NCBI GenBank assembly: GCA_963699255.1
Contig: OY969425.1
Coordinates: forward strand, 510,001-542,000
Direction: 5' to 3'
From: an uncultured bacterium
GTDB taxonomy: Bacteria > Margulisbacteria > WOR-1 > CAVSGV01
DNA: 32,000 nt
The first letter of the stretch is position 1; every line of letters begins with the position of its first letter. The notes beneath the pieces are model-generated. The model had not been told where the DNA came from. It ran no database searches and saw nothing but the letters and a program-made list of their open reading frames with translations. Of the stretch, positions 1 to 8,615 are shown piece after piece. A program made the position numbers and the translations under genes.

Positions 1-529
1 TGCGCCACTATTAATTATCACTTTTGGCGTCCCAATGCGAAAAACAAGCCATTATTATGTTTAATCGTGTACATGCGTGAATATGCCAGACAGAAATCCA
101 AATAAGCCATTTACAGCCCCGAAAACTCAAAGATCAACTCAATAATACTGAAATAAACCCCAAAAACATCAAAATGAACCCCTAAAATAGGTAGATAGAT
201 ACCGTAAGATGTAAAGTCGATGACAAATTCATCAAAAAACAACAAAATTTATACAAATATACATACATATGGCTAAATTATGAGAAAAACAGCTTAAAAT
301 AGGCAAATATAAGGCACAATACGGCCTGAAGATCCTAAATCGAATGAGAAACTTTGTCAGAAAAACCGAGTAAACAACTGGCCAGGGATAAATCTCATGA
401 CATAGGTATGGAGTGGGACTGCCGGGGGTGAAAAATCAGTATTTTTGTGCTACAAAGCCACCTTTTGATGCTTGCCTTACTTGACATAAGATATATTATG
501 CGACGTTAAACATGAAGAAAAGCGGCTGT

Positions 530-1534
530 TTAGTGTATTTTGCTCAAATAATACGCTTCATTGGTCATTGCAGCCCTGAAGGCATTTAAGCTGTCAGATG
601 ATGAATCCACCCTCCAATCGCTTTCTTTCTTCATATTGAACCATACGTAAAGCTTGATCTTTTTATAGTTATTCTTCAAACTATTAAATGCATCGGCAAT
701 CCAGAGAGGCTTGTTTGTTGCTGGTTCTGCAGTTCCGCATGCCATTTCCCCTACCATGACCGGTTTATTTGAGAGGATCGCGCTTGGAAATGAAGAATAA
801 CCTAATAATAAAACATCATCAGAAGAAGTTGACCCGGAATTCGAATAACCGTCAAATGCGACCCAGTCAACAAAAGTATCTCCGGGGTAATAATTTTGGA
901 CCATGTTCCAATCGTCCGTAGGGTTGCTGTGATCCATCGGACACCACACCCAGGTCACGTTTTTTGCCCCAACGGCTTCAAATGTAGCGTGTATCCTTTC
1001 CCAAGCGGCCTTATACTTGCTGGTCGCCGCTTCATCGCTGCCGTTAAATGCTCCCGACCATGGATACCAGTTGCCGTTCATTTCATGAGCAAATCTTAAA
1101 AATAACGGCTTTCCCCATGATTCCGCCGATATAGCGAAAGCCGTAATATAGCTGTCGCAGTCACCGGAAATAATATGATCAAGAGAAAATGAAGTGTCGC
1201 TGCTGGATCCCCAATTCCATGGCTCCCAGGTAAGCATAGGTATGCTGTTGTGGTCATGGACAATGTCACAGGCCGAGGTCGGGAAAAGGCTGACAAAATC
1301 CAGATACCACATGACAACGGCGACTTCCCTGGAAATAAGGCCTTCATAATATGTTATTGATTCAGCCGAAGGCTCGCCGTCGTGAAGAAATACACCGATG
1401 CCGCAGCCGGAATAATCTCCCGTGATCTTTAATGTTGGAACAGTTCCGCCGGTTTGTTGGGTCGTTGAACAGGATACCATGCAGCAAACCAACGCGATAA
1501 GGAGTACGAGGATCAAATAGAAGCGTTTTCTCAT
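530..1534 (-). CDS. GH26-like glycoside hydrolase, probable lipoprotein
   Basis: 334-aa ORF. The N-terminal signal peptide ends in a Cys-containing lipobox-like 'LVCCMVSC'. 'FLRFAHEMNGNWYPWSG' resembles the GH26 acid/base region (HEMNG..W..W.G). 'VMVGEMACG' is a candidate nucleophile Glu segment. The ATG overlaps the upstream stop (ATGA at 1531-1534). Confidence 0.55.
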   Translation of the reverse strand: MRKRFYLILVLLIALVCCMVSCSTTQQTGGTVPTLKITGDYSGCGIGVFLHDGEPSAESITYYEGLISREVAVVMWYLDFVSLFPTSACDIVHDHNSIPMLTWEPWNWGSSSDTSFSLDHIISGDCDSYITAFAISAESWGKPLFLRFAHEMNGNWYPWSGAFNGSDEAATSKYKAAWERIHATFEAVGAKNVTWVWCPMDHSNPTDDWNMVQNYYPGDTFVDWVAFDGYSNSGSTSSDDVLLLGYSSFPSAILSNKPVMVGEMACGTAEPATNKPLWIADAFNSLKNNYKKIKLYVWFNMKKESDWRVDSSSDSLNAFRAAMTNEAYYLSKIH

Positions 1535-2328
1535 TTATTCAATGCGTCGACCACTTCACCCGCAAAGGCATCGGAATACCTGTATATGTCGACCGTAATG
1601 AAGTTCTTATCTATAACTATGTCTTTTTCAACGTAGCTTACGCCCATTTTCTTGAGATCTCTGGCCAATGAAGGATGAACGGTGGCCTTTATGTCCTTTA
1701 AAAGGCCCCATTTGGCCAGATAAACGGGAATATTATCCATCGCGCATATCAATTTGCCTTTCGCGTTGAATTCCCTGGCTTTATCGATAAGGACCGGGTT
1801 TTCATAGAATTTCTTCGCGAGATACCCGCCGACAAAGACGACCGCGTCATATCGGTCAACATTTATCTGTTCAACGGCCAAATTCGGCCTGACCTTCATA
1901 ATATCCGTGCCCAGAGCTATCTCGCTCGTGGAAGCTGACGCGACCTCAACGGTGTACCCTGCCCTGCTTATAATGACTTTTGGGATGGTATATTCGTCAT
2001 CAACAAAATTATACTGCGGGATAATAAAAAGAACGTAACCGGTCTTTGCACTGACTTCGCTGGAAACCTGCGGCAATATCGCCGCGGTTTCCGCTGTTAC
2101 AGCTGCTTCAGATGTTGAGGGAACCGAAGCTTCGACAGTCTCAGAATATGCATCACTAAAATATAAGGCCGTCAAGGCCATTAAGACCATCAGGGCAATA
2201 AAAGAGATTAAGGCAATACGGCTAAAAAGATAAGAAAGGCTATAATACTTAACCATTATTTCGCCTTGTTGACCTTCTTCCTTTTTCACTTGTTGGCCCT
2301 GACGGCCTTTCTCATCCTTGCTTCCCAC
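1531..2328 (-). CDS. membrane-anchored DJ-1/PfpI family protein
   Basis: 265-aa ORF with one N-terminal TM helix (ISFIALMVLMALTALYF). 'YDAVVFVGGY' and 'KLICAMDNIP...IKATVHPS' match the DJ-1/PfpI nucleophile-elbow Cys region. The track start is GTG at 2328, abutting the upstream stop at 2329. ATG at 2256 (MVKYY...) is an alternative start. Confidence 0.6.
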   Translation of the reverse strand: MGSKDEKGRQGQQVKKEEGQQGEIMVKYYSLSYLFSRIALISFIALMVLMALTALYFSDAYSETVEASVPSTSEAAVTAETAAILPQVSSEVSAKTGYVLFIIPQYNFVDDEYTIPKVIISRAGYTVEVASASTSEIALGTDIMKVRPNLAVEQINVDRYDAVVFVGGYLAKKFYENPVLIDKAREFNAKGKLICAMDNIPVYLAKWGLLKDIKATVHPSLARDLKKMGVSYVEKDIVIDKNFITVDIYRYSDAFAGEVVDALNK

Positions 2329-2904
2329 TTAGAAATCAAAATTGATCCCGAAAGAAATCAGCGTCGGCAGCCCGAATCCAAGCCTTGTCCTTGTGTTGTC
2401 GTTCAATATCCACATTGTGCCCATTTCAAGATTAAGAGGAACTATCGCGGCGAATGTGCCGAATTCGACATATCTCAGATCATTTATCCCGATCTCATCT
2501 CTTACCTCCGAAGGGATCTTTTTTTCGTCGATCAAAGCGCCGTTCTTGGTCCTGATAGCATCAATGGCTGTCTTTATCTGTTTCTCCGTCGGCTGGCCGG
2601 TTATCCATGTGTATCCGTAGCCAAGCACCCAGGTCACCCCATATTCGCATTTCGGATAACCGAACCCGTCCTTTTCAACGAAACCGATCATGGGTGATCC
2701 GCCAAATCCGAGCCCGCAGGTGAAGTGTTTGCTTATCTTGAAATAATCGTTAGAAATGTACTCGATCGGGACCATTTTCGGCTGTTCTGACGGTTTTTCG
2801 ATGATTTTGGCGCTCTCAACTTTTTTGACAGGAATGGGGCCGCCGGCAAACGCCATGCTGGAAGTCAGAACTATCAAGGAAAACAGTAAAACTATCTTTT
2901 TCAT
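2329..2904 (-). CDS. secreted / outer-membrane protein of unknown family (paralog of 23475..24035)
   Basis: The ORF track gives 2329..2955. I prefer ATG at 2904 (MKKIVLLFSLIVLTSSMAFA signal peptide), preceded by GGAGGGA. The C-terminus 'LGFGLPTLISFGINFDF' has alternating hydrophobics and a terminal Phe, like an OMP beta-signal. About half the residues match the protein at 23475..24035. Confidence 0.6.
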   Translation of the reverse strand: MKKIVLLFSLIVLTSSMAFAGGPIPVKKVESAKIIEKPSEQPKMVPIEYISNDYFKISKHFTCGLGFGGSPMIGFVEKDGFGYPKCEYGVTWVLGYGYTWITGQPTEKQIKTAIDAIRTKNGALIDEKKIPSEVRDEIGINDLRYVEFGTFAAIVPLNLEMGTMWILNDNTRTRLGFGLPTLISFGINFDF

Positions 2905-2929
2905 GTTATTCCCTCCTGTTGCCACTATT

Positions 2930-4576
2930 TTACCACCTGCTCGGCACAAGCTCAAATGAAAAATTGAATTCGCTCCTGAACGTATCGCCCGCGTTCCTCA
3001 GGTTGTATTCAAAAACAAGATTATAGCAGTGCATCCCGAAGATCCATTCGTACTTGACATTATACAGGTCCCAGCTTGGAAGGTCATATGAAGTAGTGAA
3101 CTTGAACGTGGAATACCAGGCCTTTATGGCCATGCCTCCGACGAACTGATCATATGGAGAATAATAATATCCTTCAAAAACATAAGGGCTGTAACCTCTT
3201 TGCATTATATAATGGATGTGTCCGTATTCGAGCGAGAGCCTGTCGAAAAAATGCTGCTGCAGGTATATTTGCTGGCGGGAATTATCCCATGATCCCAGCT
3301 TTCCGTAATCCGAGAGGCTGAGATCAACGATTGCTTTAAGGTCCCCGAGCAGGCCGAAACTACCCGCATATGTAATGTCAGCGAAATAATTCCTCCGCGG
3401 GCTTGACTGCGTGAAACCTTCGGTAGAAGATGTTTCGAACTCCGAGACCTCCTCTGACACATTCGCGTAGCTTGCTTCGGCAAAATATGTGAAATGCTCC
3501 CCCAGGTAAGGCACGGGCTTCCTGTTGGATCTCAGTGTGATCTTTGGCGTGAAGCTCACCCTGCTGAACGGTCCGACGTTTTGATCAAGGTTTATCCGTT
3601 CCCTGAATGAATATTTTGCTTCCAGCTCGTAGCTGTATTTCCCTCCGGGGCGATAAAAGTCATATACTTGCTGAGCTTCATCTTCTGCGCTTATTAACTT
3701 CGGCCCTAAAGAAAAATAGTGGGTCAGGCCCCAGAAGAACTTTTCGCCCTCATTGCTTCCCAGATGCAGCTCGCCTTCATTGCGGTCGCTCAATATGTAA
3801 TTGGCTGTCAGGCCCACACCGAAATGATTTGTCCCCATATAGCTTAACAGCAGTTTTGCGTATTTCCTGGGGGTGAAATACCAGTTGAAACCCTGCCTTA
3901 TAAAAGTCCCGTCAACGGGGTTATTACCTATCTCCGGAACAGGCTGGGTCGTTTTAATGCCCTCGTCTACCGCCTCGGCCCGTGTTTTTTCGGGCGCAAT
4001 CTGTTTTTTCTTGATGAATTTCGACTTTGGAACAGGCGCGGAATAAATGAACGTGGGTAAAGGTAAGACCGGAACGATCCATATGAAGCCGGTCACATAG
4101 TAAGCCACGATGAGCCCTGTATTCGGATAAAGTGTCATATGCTGGGCGGAAAAATGGTAGTGCGAGGACGGCTCGTTGCAGCCGGTGAAGTAAGCATCAT
4201 ACATTTCAGACTTATCTTTGCCCAGGACCATTTCCCTGGCACCCATGAACGTTTTTCCGAAATTCACCCTGACTTTCTCCGCGTTGCCGGCGTTCTTCCA
4301 GTAATAGTACTCGAGAGAACTGCCCGATATCCTGTATCCTTCCTTTTCGAATTCGAACTTGTCCATCGCCATTATCTTGTCGTCCCTGAAATATCTGATG
4401 ACATAGGGCGATTCTATCCTGAAATCAGGGCCTTCCACGACAACGTTCCCTTTGGCGATAAGAACGTCCCTGTATTTATCGTAATGTTTGTAATCGGCGG
4501 TTACCTTTAGGGTGGCCGCGTAGCTGTACCCATTGCAGAGAATAAAAAGCGCTACAAGTAATCTTTTTGCGATCAA
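2930..4576 (-). CDS. lptD: LPS-assembly outer-membrane protein LptD (OstA) homolog
   Basis: 548 aa with signal peptide MIAKRLLVALFILCNGYSYA. The N-terminal 'LKVTADY...LIAKGNVVVEGPDFRIES' is OstA/LptA-like. 'DAYFTGCNEPSSHYHFSAQHMTLYPNTGLIVAYYVTGFIWIVPVLPLPTFIY' matches the conserved LptD core as I recall it. The rest is a long beta-rich region ending in aromatic W. The TTG start is 3 nt after the mlaD stop, and there is no in-frame ATG in the signal peptide. Confidence 0.65.
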   Translation of the reverse strand: MIAKRLLVALFILCNGYSYAATLKVTADYKHYDKYRDVLIAKGNVVVEGPDFRIESPYVIRYFRDDKIMAMDKFEFEKEGYRISGSSLEYYYWKNAGNAEKVRVNFGKTFMGAREMVLGKDKSEMYDAYFTGCNEPSSHYHFSAQHMTLYPNTGLIVAYYVTGFIWIVPVLPLPTFIYSAPVPKSKFIKKKQIAPEKTRAEAVDEGIKTTQPVPEIGNNPVDGTFIRQGFNWYFTPRKYAKLLLSYMGTNHFGVGLTANYILSDRNEGELHLGSNEGEKFFWGLTHYFSLGPKLISAEDEAQQVYDFYRPGGKYSYELEAKYSFRERINLDQNVGPFSRVSFTPKITLRSNRKPVPYLGEHFTYFAEASYANVSEEVSEFETSSTEGFTQSSPRRNYFADITYAGSFGLLGDLKAIVDLSLSDYGKLGSWDNSRQQIYLQQHFFDRLSLEYGHIHYIMQRGYSPYVFEGYYYSPYDQFVGGMAIKAWYSTFKFTTSYDLPSWDLYNVKYEWIFGMHCYNLVFEYNLRNAGDTFRSEFNFSFELVPSRW

Positions 4577-4579
4577 GAT

Positions 4580-5380
4580 TTATTTTGAGTATTTTTTCAT
4601 CAGCTTGCTTGCATCCGCAGATGCTTTCTTGAATTCCTCAAAAGCTTCCTTCGCGTTCTTTGCGGTCGCCTTTATATCGGATGTGAAATCCGGATCAGTG
4701 GTCAGCTTGCTCAGCGCAGAGATAATGCCGTCAAGTTCCCTGCTCACCCTGTTGACCGTATCGGATGCGGTGCTAAGGCTTTTAATCAGGTCCTCGAAAC
4801 CGCCCTTCTCCAGCGACTTTGAGAGCCCCGATGCTATGCTGTTCAACTCATACGTTGTTTTTTCTATGTTCACGAGCGTTTGCTTTGCCGCTCTTTGAAT
4901 GACAGGGTCGTCCGTTATCTGTCTTACGGACTGGAGTATACGCTTGCTTTCCTCCAGGTTCTGCGTCCCTATGTCAATGAAATCGACTATCCCCAAAGTG
5001 CTGTAACCCGGGATAACACTTTTGTCTTTAAGCATGGTTTCGGATATGCCGGGGATTATTTCAACATATTTTTGCCCGATCAAACCGTCAAAAGCGACTC
5101 TCAGGGAAGATCCTTCCGGGACTTTTATTCTTTGCTGTATTATCAAATAAACTTTGACATCCTCGGGACTCGGTTCGATCCGTTCAACTTTACCGACCTT
5201 GTAGCCGCGATATCTGACCTCCGCTCCGGTGACCACGCCTCCGGCATTGCTGAACGATCCGACAAGCTCATATCCCTTTGCTTTTAAGAAAACGTCACCT
5301 TTCCATACGATCATCGTACCAAGTATCACCAATGCCGCAAGAGCAATGATGCCGACCTTGGCCTGCATGGACATTTTCAT
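4580..5380 (-). CDS. mlaD: MlaD/MCE-domain lipid-transport substrate-binding protein with long C-terminal helical extension
   Basis: 266 aa with an N-terminal TM anchor. The MCE core is 'AGGVVTGAEVRYRGYKVGKVERI'. GAGGAGG lies 8 nt upstream of the ATG. The C-terminal ~100 aa are helical and low-complexity (LSKSLEKGGFEDLIKSLSTASDTVNRVSRELDGIISALSKL...). Confidence 0.8.
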   Translation of the reverse strand: MKMSMQAKVGIIALAALVILGTMIVWKGDVFLKAKGYELVGSFSNAGGVVTGAEVRYRGYKVGKVERIEPSPEDVKVYLIIQQRIKVPEGSSLRVAFDGLIGQKYVEIIPGISETMLKDKSVIPGYSTLGIVDFIDIGTQNLEESKRILQSVRQITDDPVIQRAAKQTLVNIEKTTYELNSIASGLSKSLEKGGFEDLIKSLSTASDTVNRVSRELDGIISALSKLTTDPDFTSDIKATAKNAKEAFEEFKKASADASKLMKKYSK

Positions 5381-5396
5381 ATGACCTACCTCCTCA

Positions 5397-6206
5397 TCAT
5401 GATACTGTTCCGGTAATGAACTGTTTTATTATCGGGTTAGACGACCTTTTTGTTTCGTCGGGAGTTCCCGCATCTATTGCTTTGCCATTATGAAGCATTA
5501 CGATCCTGTCCGCAATCTTGTAAACCGTGAGAAGCTGGTGGGTCACGATGACCGCGGATGTTCCGAGCTTATGATGAACGTCAAGTATGAGGTCCTCGAT
5601 AGACGTTGTGCTAATAGGGTCCAGGCCTGTCGTAGGCTCATCATAAAGTATTATTTCAGGGTCCGTTGCCAGCGCCCTGGCAAGCCCCACTCTTTTCTGC
5701 ATCCCGCCGGAGAGCTCGGAAGGCATGAGATCCTCAACGCCCTTAAGACCGACCATATCCAGCTTTTCCGAAACGATCTTCTTGATCTTTGCATCCGGAT
5801 AATCGGTGTGTTCCCTGAGCCCGAAAGCCACATTCTCGCCCACGGTGAGGGAATCAAAGAGAGCTGAGGATTGAAACACCATCCCGATATTCTTCCTGAT
5901 ACCTACCAGCTCATCTTTTTCCATGTTCACTATGTTATTGCCCTTGACTATGATCTCGCCGGAGGTCGGGGGGAAAAGCCCTATGATGAGCCTCAAAAGC
6001 GTGCTTTTGCCGCATCCGGAGGGGCCGATGATCGCCAGCACTTCCCCTTTTTTGACATTTATGCTCACCCCGTCAATGACCTTTTTGCCGTTAAACCTTT
6101 TATAAACGTTCTTCAGTTCGATGACATTCTCGACCGGTTTTTTTTCTGAAACGGCCCTTACGATCCTTTTTACGCTTCGCCTGAATATTTTTAATAGATC
6201 AAACAA
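5397..6206 (-). CDS. mlaF: ABC transporter ATP-binding protein MlaF
   Basis: Walker A 'GPSGCGKST', ABC signature 'LSGGMQKRVGLARAL' and Walker B 'ILYDEPT' are present. The TTG start is 3 nt after the mlaE stop, with AAGGTG upstream. There is no in-frame ATG before the conserved N-terminus. Confidence 0.85.
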   Translation of the reverse strand: MFDLLKIFRRSVKRIVRAVSEKKPVENVIELKNVYKRFNGKKVIDGVSINVKKGEVLAIIGPSGCGKSTLLRLIIGLFPPTSGEIIVKGNNIVNMEKDELVGIRKNIGMVFQSSALFDSLTVGENVAFGLREHTDYPDAKIKKIVSEKLDMVGLKGVEDLMPSELSGGMQKRVGLARALATDPEIILYDEPTTGLDPISTTSIEDLILDVHHKLGTSAVIVTHQLLTVYKIADRIVMLHNGKAIDAGTPDETKRSSNPIIKQFITGTVS

Positions 6207-6209
6207 GTA

Positions 6210-6989
6210 TCACCTTTTAAATAGTATCAGTGACATGAAGTAATTGGCAACAAATATGGCCATAAGGGAATATACCACGGAATTGGTGGTGGCTTCTCCA
6301 ACCCCTCTTGCCCCTCCTTTTGTCTTAAGGCCCATGTAACAGCCGATTATTGAGATTATCATCCCGAAAATGACCGCCTTGATTATCCCTCCGGTTATGT
6401 CGCTCAAGCTCAGAAAGGACGATGCCGAATCCATATAGCCGAAAGAATTGATACCAACAACGTATACCGCCACAAGATACCCGCCGAAGAACCCGATCAG
6501 ATCGGCAAATATGGTAAGTATGGGAAGCATGAAAGTGCTCGCAATGAACCTTGGAACAACGAGATGTTTTATCGGATCGCTCCCCATCGCATAGATGGCG
6601 TCTATCTGTTCCGTTACCGCCATTGTTCCGATCTCCGCCGCAAAAGCCGAACCCACGCGTCCCGCGATCACAACGGCTGTAAGCGCGGGTGCAAGTTCCC
6701 TCGCTACGGCAATGCCCATGACCCCTCCGACCACGTTCCCCGCGCCGAACTTAACGAATTCGGAGGCTATCTGGACGGCAAAGACCATTCCAACGAACGC
6801 CGCCGTGACCACAGCAACCGGGAGCGAATCTATCCCCACCCTAACCATTTGCGCAAGCAGGTCCCTGAAATTGAACGTGCCTCTTACCGCGTAAAACAAT
6901 GTTTGGGCGGAAAGGATAGTTATATCCCCGACCTCTTCCAGAACTTCAATGATCCACTTTCCAAGATCATCAAACATTTTCATCACCAA
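6210..6989 (-). CDS. mlaE: ABC transporter permease MlaE
   Basis: 259-aa polytopic membrane protein with an MlaE-type sequence (GAGNVVGGVMGIAVARELAPALTAVVIAGRVGSAFAAEIGTM). The track start is TTG at 6989. ATG at 6983 with an upstream AAAGG is equally plausible. Confidence 0.85.
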   Translation of the reverse strand: MVMKMFDDLGKWIIEVLEEVGDITILSAQTLFYAVRGTFNFRDLLAQMVRVGIDSLPVAVVTAAFVGMVFAVQIASEFVKFGAGNVVGGVMGIAVARELAPALTAVVIAGRVGSAFAAEIGTMAVTEQIDAIYAMGSDPIKHLVVPRFIASTFMLPILTIFADLIGFFGGYLVAVYVVGINSFGYMDSASSFLSLSDITGGIIKAVIFGMIISIIGCYMGLKTKGGARGVGEATTNSVVYSLMAIFVANYFMSLILFKR

Positions 6990-6993
6990 CCTT

Positions 6994-8607
6994 TTAAAGG
7001 ATCGACGCTAAAGTATAAGGGATCGAATCAATTATGTCACTGGCTATGAGACCGTGTTCACCTTTTATTGAGGCAGCCAGGTTCCCCGCCATGCCGTGGA
7101 TATACGCCCCCGCGACAGCCGCGTTGAAAGCGTCCACTCCCTGGCCTATCAGGCTCGCGATAATGCCCGTAAGAACGTCCCCGACGCCGGCGGAAGCCAT
7201 GCCGGGGTTCCCCGTCGGATTGATGAACGTTCTCCCCTTTGCCGCAATGACAGTGTTAGCCCCTTTTAAAACCATTGTAACGCCGAACTTGTCCGCAAAA
7301 CTGCTCGCGCTGATGATCCTGTCACGCTGAATCTCGTTTATCGACTTGCCGCAAAGCCTTGAGAGCTCGCCCGGATGAGGGGTCAATATGATATCTTTTC
7401 CCGCTGAAATCAAGATCGAGGGATCAGTTATCGCGTTCAATCCGTCCGCGTCAATGACCATAGGAACCCTGATCTTTTTCGAGCGGATCAATCCGCCAAC
7501 GATTTTGGTTATGTTCTTTCCTTTTGAAAGTCCGGGGCCAATGGCGATACAATCGCAGTCTTCCAGTTTTTCATCCATATCGGCAAAACCGGCAACTACC
7601 GTTTCAAGGGACATGGAATTGACGATGTCCTTGATAGCGTCGGGAACACAAAGAGCGACCAGCCCTGATCCGGTCCTTAAAGCGGCGCTCGCGGTCAATA
7701 CGGCAGCTCCCATCATCCCGGACGATCCGGCAATGACCAATACTCTGCCGCAGTTACCCTTATGATAATCAACTTTCCGTCTGGGAATGACGCCCGCAAC
7801 ATACCTTGAATCCGTTACCTGTATCCCTTCGACTCCGCTCAGGGCAAGCCCTTTGACTTCGCTCAGGGCAGGCCCTTCGATCGTTCGTTTTATTTCCTTT
7901 TTCGGGGATCCCTGGACCAGAGTCTCAATAGGATTTGGTTTAGGTATGCCGATGCTGGCGGTAATGATCTTTCCCGCAAATTTGCTTGCGGGATATCTAA
8001 GCAGGCCGATCTTCGGATATTCAAAAGTAACGGTGATGTCAGCGGCCACGCACTTCCTGGAAACTTCACCCGTCGAGGCATCCGTTCCGGAAGGGACATC
8101 CACAGAAAGCACCATGTAAGGCCTTTTTCCCTTGATCTCTTTTTTTAGATCATTAACAAGATCCACGGCCCTGGCAGCAACATCCTTGATCTCGCCTCTC
8201 ATGCCGATCCCGTACATTGCGTCAATGACTATGTCCGAATCAATTATGGAGCTTTTCAGTTTTTTGAAGCTTTCGTCCGAGGCAAGCTCGACGATCGTTA
8301 CCTGCAGGCCTTTTAAGATCTTCAGGTTCTCAAGACTGTCAGAAGATGAGATATTACTTTCCGGAGAGATCAAAAACACGTCGGTTCTGATCCCGGCATT
8401 ATGAAGATATCTTGCGGCTACAAAGCCGTCACCGCCGTTGCCGCCGCTCCCGCACAATACGCAGGCCGAGCTTGCCCGTTTCATTTCATTGGCGGCAACG
8501 TTCGCGACCCTCATGCCGGCGATCTCCATAAGGATCCTTGTGGGGATCCCAAGCTCAACAGCGAATCGCTCCAGTGTTCTCATTTCATCAGAAGTTATCG
8601 CTTTCAT
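6994..8607 (-). CDS. nnr: bifunctional NAD(P)H-hydrate repair enzyme (epimerase + ADP-dependent dehydratase)
   Basis: 537 aa. The N-terminal YjeF_N-like domain carries 'VLCGSGGNGGDGFVAARYL'. The C-terminal carbohydrate-kinase-like domain carries 'GNCGRVLVIAGS...GMASAGVGDVLTGIIASL'. Confidence 0.9.
   Translation of the reverse strand: MKAITSDEMRTLERFAVELGIPTRILMEIAGMRVANVAANEMKRASSACVLCGSGGNGGDGFVAARYLHNAGIRTDVFLISPESNISSSDSLENLKILKGLQVTIVELASDESFKKLKSSIIDSDIVIDAMYGIGMRGEIKDVAARAVDLVNDLKKEIKGKRPYMVLSVDVPSGTDASTGEVSRKCVAADITVTFEYPKIGLLRYPASKFAGKIITASIGIPKPNPIETLVQGSPKKEIKRTIEGPALSEVKGLALSGVEGIQVTDSRYVAGVIPRRKVDYHKGNCGRVLVIAGSSGMMGAAVLTASAALRTGSGLVALCVPDAIKDIVNSMSLETVVAGFADMDEKLEDCDCIAIGPGLSKGKNITKIVGGLIRSKKIRVPMVIDADGLNAITDPSILISAGKDIILTPHPGELSRLCGKSINEIQRDRIISASSFADKFGVTMVLKGANTVIAAKGRTFINPTGNPGMASAGVGDVLTGIIASLIGQGVDAFNAAVAGAYIHGMAGNLAASIKGEHGLIASDIIDSIPYTLASIL
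7831..7878. repeat. in-frame 24-nt tandem duplication inside the nnr inter-domain linker
   Basis: gactccgctcagggcaagcccttt (7831-7854) is followed by gacttcgctcagggcaggcccttc (7855-7878), with 3 mismatches. It encodes EGPALSEV/KGLALSGV. Confidence 0.8.
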
Positions 8608-8615
8608 GTGCCCCC

